A stretch of DNA of 64,000 bases, from positions 3,278 to 67,277 of the IMG/VR virus record IMGVR_UViG_3300009514_000021. One strand, written 5' to 3'. Positions 47,413-57,600 of this stretch are shown here, one piece after another (positions within the stretch are counted from its first letter, which is position 1; each line of letters opens with the position of its first letter). Position numbers and translations under genes: made by a program. The notes below the pieces were generated by a model. It was not told the origin of the DNA. It worked only from the letters and a program-made list of their open reading frames with translations, and searched no databases. Source of the stretch: a virus.

Positions 47413-47443
47413 GGTGGGGGGGCTATAGCCTCGGTAGGTTAAG
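47413..47443 (+). promoter_or_regulatory. Conserved intergenic motif copy 4
   Basis: GGTgggggggCTATagcctcggtaggttAAG running into the AAGGAG RBS; contains palindrome GGCTATAGCC. Confidence 0.5.
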
Positions 47444-47451
47444 GAGAGCGC

Positions 47452-50400
47452 ATGGCGACCGATCCTCTCGACAAAGAACGCATTGACCGGCTGGAGAAGC
47501 TGGCGGACCAGCGGTCTGCCACCAGCACGAGCCTGGAGCCCTGGCAGGAGCAGCTGTCCCGACAGACGACTGTGGCTGGCTCCAAAGCTCTTCAGGCAGC
47601 GGAGGTCATCGCGGGTCTCTCGGGCGGGTGGGCGGCGTTCTACGACTTGGGGACCAGCAGTTCGACCGAGGGCGGCATCATCGGTACGCCGACGCCCCAG
47701 GCCAAGAACACCAAGCTGGGTCAACCGGGACTCCCTGAGATCAATTTCGTGCCGTACAACTGGGGCACGAACAAGTTCGGATCCAAGGGTCCGAGTCTTC
47801 TGGGTCACCCCATCGCCATGAGCATCGTGGGCCCCACCGTCAAGTCACCTATCAACGACTGGCAGTGGATTGTCACCGACAACAGCTCTTCCCCGGGCGT
47901 TGGGGACGATCTAACACTCGACTCAGCTGCGGGTATCTACTCCTCCATCGGCGTCGATGTGGCCCCGGTATGCGGCACTGTCGTAGAGGCTTTCAACGCT
48001 GCCGACCCCGCCGACTTCAACGGTGGGCTCTACCTGGTCATCTCCCAGTCGGGCGAAAACGGCGCCGCTCCGACTCCCGACAGCGGGTTGGGGGACGGTT
48101 TCGTAGCCACCGGGACCGTGACGGCCGAGGCCATCACTCCGCTCAACAAGACGTCCAACTTCGAGATCTTCCGAGTCGAAAGTATCGCCGGCGACACCAT
48201 TACGCTGGACCCCAACAAGAGGCTGGCCACCTACTTCTCCATCACCGCCGGACCCAACACCCCGTACGCTCGCGCGATCACGTTGTTCCAGCCTCACGCC
48301 ACCCGCTTGGTGGCGGTCCCTGGATCCGGTGGCGTAGGGGCCGAGCGGGCCTTTGTCGTGGTTCCCCCGGAGCGCGCCGCGGTTGGCGAGCACCTCCCAC
48401 CCTATGACGGGTTGTCGGCCTCGGACGGTACCTGGATCCGCGGCGGGTACGACCCCCTATCGCCCACCCAGGGCGGCCACCCCACGCTGTACCTCGATGG
48501 TCCTCTTCTGCCCGTCCCACGACCTCGGGCTCGTCTGCGAGGCCGGGCCCAGCGGGTCAGCACAGGCATCTCGTCGACGACGTTCATCGGTGGCACCTGG
48601 TGGCTCGAGGCCGACGGCCACACCCCCAGCACCAGCGACATCGGCAGTATCGTCCGCATCTACCGGACTGAGCGTGAAGGCGACGCCGACTTCCTCCTGC
48701 CTGGCGCAGCCAGCGGTAAGCCCGCCGCCCCCGAGAGCGCCATGCTCGGGTGGTTCGAGATCCTCGATGTCGACCTGGGCGCCCCAGGAGACCGCTACCA
48801 GCTCCGCCGCATCATCGAGGTCGACCCCTTGACGGGTGTCCCGTACTTCGGTTCTGGAGGGACGCTTCAGCTCCAGGACACGCTCGGGCCCGTGGGTGAC
48901 GTCCGCGTCGAGTTCACCCTCCACGATAGCGTCTCGGGTTTCCACGCGAGCATCTTCAGCGACCCTGACAAGCTCGCGTCGATGCGGTTGACCAACCTCA
49001 TCGACCCGCTTTGGGTGCAACGGTCGGCCAAGAACCTGGGTCTGACCGAGGGGTCACTCCCGCACGCCCCGGATCGAGCCATCTGGGATACCAGCAAAGA
49101 CGGCACCGAAGCCGCGGACCCTGGCAGCCTTCTCGACCTCGGGTTCCGGATGGTGTTGTTCGCCGCCAAAGAGGGTGTGGGGTCTTTCGCAGGCCAGATC
49201 GTCCCGGACTGGGACAACCCCATCACCTCCAGAGAAGTCGTGCTCGACCCGAGCAACACGACCGAGGTCCAGCACCTCAACATCGACTACTCGTCCGGTG
49301 TCGTGACGCTGTCCCACACGCCGGTCCCCGGAGCCGGCTGTGACATCGCTCCGAACGGCATCATCAGCAGCGACAACCCCCGGGGCGAGATCGTTCTCTT
49401 TGCGGCCTGTGTCCCCTACAGCATGGAGAAAGGCCAGCTGGGCCCCAGTGTCCGGGCTACTGCCGCGCTGCCGGTGGACTCTGACGCTGCCACCGCCGGG
49501 GTCGTGCCTCCACAAACCGACGTCTACGGAAGCCGCACCAGTCGAAGCGTCTCCCCAACGGTCAACACTTCGGGCGCGGCCCAGATAATCGACAGCGGAG
49601 TCGGACTGGTCATCGACCTCTTCGACATTGCCTCAGACTTCCCGGACTCCGGCTTCTTCGAGCTGCGCGTGGACAACGTCTACGGGGCACCAGCTCACGT
49701 GGGTCCCGCCTCCGAACCCCTTGGCCTGTACGGCTACTACAAGAAGACCGAGCTGGTTGACCCTGCTCGAGGTGGGGTCACGCACACCAGACTCGAAGGT
49801 GTCTACGGGGGTGGGTCTTACGGCGTTGATTCCATTGACGCCTCCCTCACCGGTCTTGTGGCTGTACTGCGGCGGGATATCCAGACGCCGGTGAGCCCTG
49901 ACGGTATCGCGGGCACGTTCTACGAACACGACATCAGCTACGGGTTCGCCAAGAGAGCGGAGTCCTTCCGGTTCGCCAACGCTTCTCTCCAGCCGCAGCC
50001 TGACGGCTCGGTTGTTGTCCAGCCGGAGGTCGGATTCGCGACCTCGATCGGGGACAAGATTCACGAGTGGGCGTTCTCGTCGAAGGTGCTCGACGGCGCC
50101 GTGATGTCGGTGGGCGTCGGTACGACGATCGACCTGACCGCGGTCACGGTCCTCATCACCGGCGTCTGTACGATCCTGCCGGCCGACTCTATCGTCCTGC
50201 CGGGTGTCGACGACTTCTACTACATCTACCTCGACGGCACGGTGCCCGCCTTGCCCGTGTACGCTCACACGACGTCGCTACCTCTCCCCTCGGTAGAGGA
50301 CGCCCTTGTAGGGCTCGTGGAGGTCACTGGCGGGGGCACCGCGGTCTCGGTCATCACCGATCTCCGGTACCCGCTCAACGACATCAACCTGCGGGACCCC

Positions 50401-53400
50401 ATCCTTGTCGGCGTCGTGGAGCACGGCGGGATGATGCCGCACTTCACCAACCTCGCCGACGCGGTCGCCTACCTTGGCGAGACGATGGACCCGACAGACG
50501 GGGACAACGGTCAGTCCCGGCGGATCCTGGTGGTCGGCCATACCGACGAGGACAGCTCCAAGCTGCCCATCGTGATGCCGGCTGACGGCATCGTCATCGA
50601 GGGCGCATCCAGGCGCATGGATGGAGGGGCCGCGCCGCCCAACTCGCCGACTCAGATTCGATGGGACAGCGACGGCCCCCTGTTCGACCTCAACGGCAAG
50701 AACGACCTGGTCTTCCGGAACCTCCCCATCCTGTACAAAGCAGGCGCGGGCGTCCTGGACGCTTTCCCTGGCCGCATCGTCTTCGACAACACTGGCGGTG
50801 ACATCTGTCGTCGATGCGTGATCGAGAACCTCCACGTGACTACCGCGGATCTTCGGCTCCACGGGTTCATGCACATGGTGGGCGCCTCCAATGGGATGGA
50901 GGACTCGGTCATCCGTGACAACAACATCGTCACGACCGACTTCGGCATCTTCGTCAACACCACGGCATCCGAGTTCGACAACAACATCATTCAGGGCAAC
51001 CGGCTCACCAACGTGGGGGCCCAGCAAGGAGTGACGTTCGGGCTGTTCGACGGCATCTCTGTCCTGGGCGCAGGTACCGACGACAACAACCAGTACGTCG
51101 ACAACCTGTCGACCGGTTTCGAGCGGGCCTTCTACTTGACGGGGTCGTACCCCCAGCTGGTCCGCAACCGCATCTCCGCGACTCGAGAAGTGGCCATCCA
51201 GATCGCCGGAACCGGGGTGAGCGCGGCCGTTATCCGCGACAACGTCCTGACCTCTGTCCACACGGCCGCTCCGTCTCTCCCGGAGCGGCGAGCCATCTGG
51301 ATCGAGACGGGTACCGGGAACGTGGTAGCGGACAACCACATCGACATGGACATCGGCCTGGCCGCAGACCGAGCGATCTTCACGTCGACTGCCGACAACA
51401 TCGTCCGCGGCAACCGCGTAGAGAACTCCATCGAGGTCTCCTCGACCAACCAGGTCAGCGAGAACCAAGTCTCCGAAAATGTCGTGACTGCTGCCAACAG
51501 CCGGGTCCACGGCAACAAAATCGACGGGACCTTGGCCACGGGCTCAGACTGCGAGGTGACCGGCAACGTGGTCACCGGCGCGGTGACCTTCCAGGCTGAC
51601 ACCATCGTCTCCGACAACGATTTCAGCTCCGACGCGACCGGCCTTTCCGCGCGGGTGCACTGGCACAACAACCGCATTGGTGGGGACCTCGATTCTTCCG
51701 CGGACAGCGAGATCACCGGCAACAACGTCATTGGTGCCTACCTGGGTGCGGGCGCGACGGGCTGCATCATCGCCGACAACCGCATCGGCGGGGCCGCGAC
51801 GTTGGACGACAACTGTGAGGTCACAGGCAACAAGATCGCCGGCGTATTGACGGGCTCCGCCGCGTGCGTCATCACCAGCAACGAGGTCGATTCGATTACG
51901 GCGACGCTTCAGGACAACGCCATCGTCTCCGACAACCTTCTGACCTTCAGCGGGGCCGGCAACGCGTTGTTGTGGACGGGAGTCGACTGCACCTTCGTCA
52001 ACAACCGTGTGACGGGGACGACGTCGGATTACGACTTCACCGGTACTAACCTCCAGGTCACCGGTAACGCCGGCCGCCACATGGTCGTCTCCGCCTCAGA
52101 CGCCATCGTCATGGGCAACAGGCTCTCCGGCGGGTTGGGTGTTGCCGGTGACCGGATGCGGGTCACCAACAACATCTTGCGCGGTGTCCAGACGATCTTC
52201 ACCGGGACGGGGGCCCTGGTGGTGGATTCCGGCACCTACATGACGATCAGCGAGAATGTGATCGTCACGAGCCCCGCGGCCGATGGGGATTTCCTCTTGG
52301 GCCTGGGGGGTGACCACACCTACCTGACGGTGGCCAATAACTACATCTCGGGCGACCTTCTCTGCAACACAGGTAACTGGGTCGCCTCGTCTTCGTTCAC
52401 CGGTAACACCATCAGCGGCGAACTGGACTTCTCCGGAATCATCCTGTTCCACGCCAACGCCTTCACCGGCAACAGCATCAGCGGCGACTTCGAGGTTCAA
52501 GGCAACGACAACACCATCGACGGTAACAACGTTGACGGGATGATGGATTTCCGCGGAGACGACAACATCATCAGCGACAACAGCGAAGCGGCCACCATTA
52601 CTTTGGGCGTCGGGGCCGCAAACTGCATTTTGACCGGCAACCGTGGTGGAGCCATCGACACCAGCCTTTCCGACGGTGGCCACAACATCTCCGACAACCA
52701 ATTGCGAGTACCCGGGACCGGGTTCATCAACGCGGGCTCAACCCATGACAACGTCATCGCCGACAACATCTTGGTAGGCGGGATTACGGTCCTGGCTGGG
52801 GGTCTGCGTAACCATGTTACGGGCAACACCTGTGCGCAGCTGTTCGGGGGTGGGGGCACGGACGGTGTCATCGCCGACAACCGGTTCACGAGCACTACAG
52901 ACCCGCACCTTTTCCCCAACGACCGCAACGTGGTCACGGGCAACTATTTCCCAGCAACCACGGACGGTTCCGGCATCGTCTGGGGTGGAGATGAGTGCCG
53001 CTACACCGGCAACGTCATCCAGGATCCCTCCACCGCGGTGCTTCTGGTCTCCTGGGAGGGCAACGAGAACACGTTCAGCGGCAACGCTTTCAACAACGGG
53101 TCGCCTACGTCCACCACCATTGACCTTACCGGGTTCAACCACTCCATCACCGGCAACCGGGTCACTGGGTTCACGGGCGTCGACGTCAACCAGGCGACCA
53201 TCACCGGCAACGTGTTCGAGCAGGACTGTACTTTCGACGAAGACTGCGTCGGCCTGACCATCACCGGCAACCAGTTCTCTTCGAGCGGCGACCTGGTTTT
53301 CAGCACCGGCGGATCTCCCGGTGGCAACCATGTCGTCTCCGACAACTTCTTCGCCACGGGGTTCCTCGACTTGGGGGACCACGACAACTGCGTGGTCAAG

Positions 53401-53784
53401 GGCAACAACGTGGCCCCGGACGCAGGCACGGGGGCCATCAAGGGCACCGGCAGCAATCACGTGGTCTCCGACAACAAGATCGTCGACGGTGGCGGGGCTC
53501 CTGCTCTCATCAACAGCATCGATTTGCGCGGCGGGTCTTTCCACACCATCAGCGGCAACAACATCCCCGACGGATGGCTGTTGGTCGACGCGGCCTCTGA
53601 GTCCATCCTCATCGGCAACCGGACCCGAGGCATCGGTACCAGCGCCGTAGGTGCGGGTGCAGTCGCTGGCGCGGGTATTGTTGGCGTGGGCAACAAGGTT
53701 GGCGTTGCCGGTACAGCTCCGACGGGCTTGTACTTCACCATCAACAAGGGTACCGGCCCCGTCGACACCGGAAACGTGGAGTAG
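47452..53784 (+). CDS. Tailspike-like protein with very long C-terminal right-handed parallel beta-helix, 2110 aa
   Basis: AAGGAG RBS. The C-terminal half carries dozens of I/V-x-G/D-N-x-I/V repeats (IRDNNI, IQGNRL, VTGNVV, ITGNQF) after the cap HFTNLADAVAYL. Confidence 0.75.
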   Translation: MATDPLDKERIDRLEKLADQRSATSTSLEPWQEQLSRQTTVAGSKALQAAEVIAGLSGGWAAFYDLGTSSSTEGGIIGTPTPQAKNTKLGQPGLPEINFVPYNWGTNKFGSKGPSLLGHPIAMSIVGPTVKSPINDWQWIVTDNSSSPGVGDDLTLDSAAGIYSSIGVDVAPVCGTVVEAFNAADPADFNGGLYLVISQSGENGAAPTPDSGLGDGFVATGTVTAEAITPLNKTSNFEIFRVESIAGDTITLDPNKRLATYFSITAGPNTPYARAITLFQPHATRLVAVPGSGGVGAERAFVVVPPERAAVGEHLPPYDGLSASDGTWIRGGYDPLSPTQGGHPTLYLDGPLLPVPRPRARLRGRAQRVSTGISSTTFIGGTWWLEADGHTPSTSDIGSIVRIYRTEREGDADFLLPGAASGKPAAPESAMLGWFEILDVDLGAPGDRYQLRRIIEVDPLTGVPYFGSGGTLQLQDTLGPVGDVRVEFTLHDSVSGFHASIFSDPDKLASMRLTNLIDPLWVQRSAKNLGLTEGSLPHAPDRAIWDTSKDGTEAADPGSLLDLGFRMVLFAAKEGVGSFAGQIVPDWDNPITSREVVLDPSNTTEVQHLNIDYSSGVVTLSHTPVPGAGCDIAPNGIISSDNPRGEIVLFAACVPYSMEKGQLGPSVRATAALPVDSDAATAGVVPPQTDVYGSRTSRSVSPTVNTSGAAQIIDSGVGLVIDLFDIASDFPDSGFFELRVDNVYGAPAHVGPASEPLGLYGYYKKTELVDPARGGVTHTRLEGVYGGGSYGVDSIDASLTGLVAVLRRDIQTPVSPDGIAGTFYEHDISYGFAKRAESFRFANASLQPQPDGSVVVQPEVGFATSIGDKIHEWAFSSKVLDGAVMSVGVGTTIDLTAVTVLITGVCTILPADSIVLPGVDDFYYIYLDGTVPALPVYAHTTSLPLPSVEDALVGLVEVTGGGTAVSVITDLRYPLNDINLRDPILVGVVEHGGMMPHFTNLADAVAYLGETMDPTDGDNGQSRRILVVGHTDEDSSKLPIVMPADGIVIEGASRRMDGGAAPPNSPTQIRWDSDGPLFDLNGKNDLVFRNLPILYKAGAGVLDAFPGRIVFDNTGGDICRRCVIENLHVTTADLRLHGFMHMVGASNGMEDSVIRDNNIVTTDFGIFVNTTASEFDNNIIQGNRLTNVGAQQGVTFGLFDGISVLGAGTDDNNQYVDNLSTGFERAFYLTGSYPQLVRNRISATREVAIQIAGTGVSAAVIRDNVLTSVHTAAPSLPERRAIWIETGTGNVVADNHIDMDIGLAADRAIFTSTADNIVRGNRVENSIEVSSTNQVSENQVSENVVTAANSRVHGNKIDGTLATGSDCEVTGNVVTGAVTFQADTIVSDNDFSSDATGLSARVHWHNNRIGGDLDSSADSEITGNNVIGAYLGAGATGCIIADNRIGGAATLDDNCEVTGNKIAGVLTGSAACVITSNEVDSITATLQDNAIVSDNLLTFSGAGNALLWTGVDCTFVNNRVTGTTSDYDFTGTNLQVTGNAGRHMVVSASDAIVMGNRLSGGLGVAGDRMRVTNNILRGVQTIFTGTGALVVDSGTYMTISENVIVTSPAADGDFLLGLGGDHTYLTVANNYISGDLLCNTGNWVASSSFTGNTISGELDFSGIILFHANAFTGNSISGDFEVQGNDNTIDGNNVDGMMDFRGDDNIISDNSEAATITLGVGAANCILTGNRGGAIDTSLSDGGHNISDNQLRVPGTGFINAGSTHDNVIADNILVGGITVLAGGLRNHVTGNTCAQLFGGGGTDGVIADNRFTSTTDPHLFPNDRNVVTGNYFPATTDGSGIVWGGDECRYTGNVIQDPSTAVLLVSWEGNENTFSGNAFNNGSPTSTTIDLTGFNHSITGNRVTGFTGVDVNQATITGNVFEQDCTFDEDCVGLTITGNQFSSSGDLVFSTGGSPGGNHVVSDNFFATGFLDLGDHDNCVVKGNNVAPDAGTGAIKGTGSNHVVSDNKIVDGGGAPALINSIDLRGGSFHTISGNNIPDGWLLVDAASESILIGNRTRGIGTSAVGAGAVAGAGIVGVGNKVGVAGTAPTGLYFTINKGTGPVDTGNVE

Positions 53785-53787
53785 TAG

Positions 53788-54597
53788 ATGCGCATTCTGG
53801 TCGACCTGGGCAGCCACATCACTGGGGATCCGCAGATCACCCAGGTCGAGCGCGTGCCGCCTATCGGGGTCGAAGGCCAGACAGCCATCAACGGCAAGTA
53901 CCTGATCCCCGTCACCCCCGGCGCCAATGTCAAGGTGGACACCTCCTCGTACGTCCTTGACGGAGGCGGGGAGATCGACGGGGGCGACGTCGCCAGCCAG
54001 TCCTACGCCTGGCTTCTGGCCATGTTTCCGCAGTTCGAGAACATCTACTTCAATCCGTTGCTGACTGAGGACCACGTCCTCGAGCTGGACTTCACGCAGG
54101 GCTGGAACACTTTCCCCACACGGGCTCAAACAGGCCGGGAGACGGGCGCACCTTCAGGGTTCGTCGAAGGGCAAGCGCCCAACATGACCGCCATCTTGCC
54201 GGTCAACGACTCGATGACACCTTCGCGACCAGGGGTCTTGGTCACCGACCTGATCGACATCGGGCCGTTCACCCTCGATGCCGGGGGCGACCCGGTCGGG
54301 ACCGACGAGTTCCTCATCTACTGGAAACTCTACGACTTTACCACCACGCACGACGTCTACGCTGAGGACGGCGCGCTGGTCGGGTCGAATACCCCGGCTA
54401 TCAAATACGCATTGGAGGTGGACCAAGAGCCTGCGGATTTCGAGGTCTACTTCTCACCCGACGACGGGGTCCATTGGATCCAGGTAGGACTGCTCGAACC
54501 TGTGGCTTTCTGCGAAAAGACAACGAGTTTCCGGCTCGCTTTCGTGAACCACTCGTCCACGAAGGTCTACTTGGCCACCTTTGGCGTCCTGTTCTGA
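53788..54597 (+). CDS. Hypothetical virion-associated protein, 269 aa
   Basis: Follows TAG-TAG in frame; GGAG upstream; beta-rich C-terminus VYFSPDDGVHW...FRLAF. Confidence 0.7.
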   Translation: MRILVDLGSHITGDPQITQVERVPPIGVEGQTAINGKYLIPVTPGANVKVDTSSYVLDGGGEIDGGDVASQSYAWLLAMFPQFENIYFNPLLTEDHVLELDFTQGWNTFPTRAQTGRETGAPSGFVEGQAPNMTAILPVNDSMTPSRPGVLVTDLIDIGPFTLDAGGDPVGTDEFLIYWKLYDFTTTHDVYAEDGALVGSNTPAIKYALEVDQEPADFEVYFSPDDGVHWIQVGLLEPVAFCEKTTSFRLAFVNHSSTKVYLATFGVLF

Positions 54598-54608
54598 GAG
54601 GCTGATTC

Positions 54609-57600
54609 ATGGCTGAAGACTTCGGACCCAATGTTTCCCGCACACTCGACGCCCAGTGGCGTCAGTTCGGTGGCATCATCTGGCAGAAGCAGCGTCCGCC
54701 GCTCGACGCCGAGGCCAACCTCCGGGACCAGGTCAACACCGAGAAGAATCGGCTCGCCTCCAAGGTCATGATGCCCTCGGGGTTCGTCCTCGACCCCACC
54801 CGCGCTCAGGCTGACTACCAGTTCGACAAAAACTGGTCGAACTTCTTCGTGCTGGCCAACCCCCGCGTCGACGACGCCGTTTGGACCTACGAGAAGGACC
54901 CGGCCATGTGGGCCGTGGTCAACGGCTGGGTCCTGCCGATCATCGGCACCAACATCACCAGCGACGACGACACCCGCAACATCATCAAGCTCTTCCCGTC
55001 ACCGGAGTCCGACAGTCGGGTGGACTTCATCTTCCTGGAGGTCTGGCAGGCGCTGATCAACCCGAACCCCTCGGAGGTCAACAAGCCGACGGCCGACACG
55101 CTCTACAAGTACGGTAACGTCAAGTACACCGGCACGCAGCTGGTCGACGACCTCGAGGACCCCGCAAAGGGCTACGAGACCGCCAAGCGCACCCAAGTCC
55201 AGTACCGCATCCGGGTCTTCGGTGAGGGCTCGGGCCTGGGATCGGGCGTCGCCCTGGATGTGTACCCGGACGGCCTCGACGACCCCAACGTGTTCGGCCA
55301 GGGGACCTCGACGACGCCCCTGACGGGCGGCGGTGCGGTCATGAACTTCGCCAACATGCGCGAAGAGATGGGGGATCCCTCTCTGTGGCGCGCCGGCGAC
55401 GGAGACCCCGACAACGACCTCGGCACCATCGACGGCTACAGCTACGCCATCCCCATCTGCGCGGTCTTCCGCCGCAACTCCAACGTGTTCGTCGCGGTCG
55501 AGAGCGCGGGCAACGCCAACCAGAACGGTGCGTTCAGCCGCAACCCGGGCGCAGGGGTCCTGCCTAACCCCTTGGACGGTGCCAAGACCCTTCTGACGGC
55601 CACCCTGACGGACTTCCTCCCGTACGACGGGACGGGAACCATCGACATCACGAACATGAACGGGTCGGGCCTCGAGGACACCGCCTTGGTGCTCGACAGC
55701 ACCTTCCTGGTCATCGAGAACGAAATCATCGGCATCTCGGCTGTCGACGCAATCAACGAGACCATCACGATCAGCTCCCGAGGCCGCTACGGCACCGACG
55801 CGGTGGGCCATGCTGAGGGATGCGAGGTCCTGTTCTTCAACAGCCGACCCGACAACCTCTTCGCCGACGAGGTCGCCCAGGCCGATGTGTTGGACCTGCG
55901 CCGCGGCATCAACCCCGGCGACTGGGACTTCAAGCGCATCCTGCTCCACAACGTCGGCGCGCTCGTCAAAGGCGACCTACGCACTGCTTGGAAGCAGTCG
56001 AGCCCAGGCGACACCGAGGGACCGGTCGTCACCGAGGTCGACTACCTCCTGTCCGATGGTGGCACAGCGGTGCCGAACCAGACGGAAGCGCTTGACGGCG
56101 CCGACGGGATCCGCACCGTCTGGTCGGACGCGTCGGTGTACCACCCCGACGTGACCCTGCTGCTCGACAACGAGACCGCGGTCGACTCCGACAACATCAC
56201 GACCGTGCCCCTGGACAGCGGCGCCGAGTGGGACGTCGGCGCCGATTTCAAGCCGGGAGCTTTCTTCAACACGGGCCCGGGCAACCCTGCCGAATCATGG
56301 ACCAACGGTTCCATGGTGTTCCTGCACATCGGTGGTGATGACGGATCGGGGGGTGCCCGGACCACTTTCCGCGACGGCGGGGAGCGTGCTGTCCGTTTCG
56401 TGACGCCCAAGGAGTATTGGAAGGCGGGGTTCCCCCAGATCGACCCGGCAGGCGGCAACCAGTACCCGGTGACGCTCCGGTTCCTCGACCAGCGCTCCCA
56501 TGAGCCGGTGGAGCCCATCGTGACTCCGGCGACGCTTGATGCCGAGCTGCCCAAACACCCGGGCCCGATGTACCCGTGGCGCGAGCTGAACTTCGAGTCG
56601 CCGTTCATCGTCCTGGGCGGCCTTCTCCGCTCGGACCTCAAGACCAGCATCGCCGCGACGGACCTGAGCAGCGCGATCCCGTTCGTCATCATCGACACCG
56701 GCATCGACTTCGACTTGGCTGGGAGCTTCTACACCAAGGACGCCAACGGCGAGTTCGTCAACGACCCCACTGTGGTCTCCTCGCCTCTGCTGCGTGGCCA
56801 GCGGACCCTCTACGACATGCTCACCGACGGTGGCCGGGACCGCACGGGCAACTCCTCCGAGGTCTACGTCATCCTGTACGGTGACGCCGACTCTTCGGAG
56901 AACAACGGCTGTTTCCGGGTCGTCGCCGCAGGTACCACCGGGTACACCTATACCAACGCGCCCGACGCGACCTCGATCATCACCGTCCCGCTGTCGGCCG
57001 ACGCGACCAGCATCGTGAGCCCAGGCACCGGCAACACTCTGACGCTCGAGTTCCGCTCCCAGTTCACCAACGCCGAAGACGGCACGGGCGCCTCGGCGTC
57101 CGACCCTGCCATGGTGGTCGTCCTGACCGACATCGGTGGCGAGGACGCGAGCATCCCCTGGGCCCGCGTAACTCTGGATACCCTCGGCATTCCCACTTCC
57201 GGGGTCGGCGAGGACAAGGTCGCGGTCGCCAGTAAAATGGTTCTGTCCACAGCCCTGCTGTACCACCCAGGGCGTGGCGGGACGGCCCGTGTGGCCGATC
57301 AGATTACCCGGGTGGCGCTGCGTCAGGCGGCTACCAGCACGTACCTGCGCCAGGCTCCTGGTGCCCTGGACACGGACTTCCCGGCGTTCTCGGGTATGCC
57401 GGCCGACGAGATCTTCTTCGACCCCTCGCACGTGCAGACCTGGAACCGCCTCGAGAGCCTGGGATGGCACGCTCCTGACGCTCCGGGGTACGGCGGCAAG
57501 GTCATCGGGTTCACCGAGCAGGATCGCGAGTCGGAGCTGTTTGTCGACAAGGGCTCCAAGACCGTCATCTTCCGTCCCCTGCGGGACAGGCAGATGACGC

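Noticed and set aside
47416-47422. G7 tract as a phase-variation switch upstream of the tailspike gene
   Set aside because: Seven G in high-GC DNA is unremarkable and exactly fills the N7 spacer; no length variation can be seen from a single sequence.
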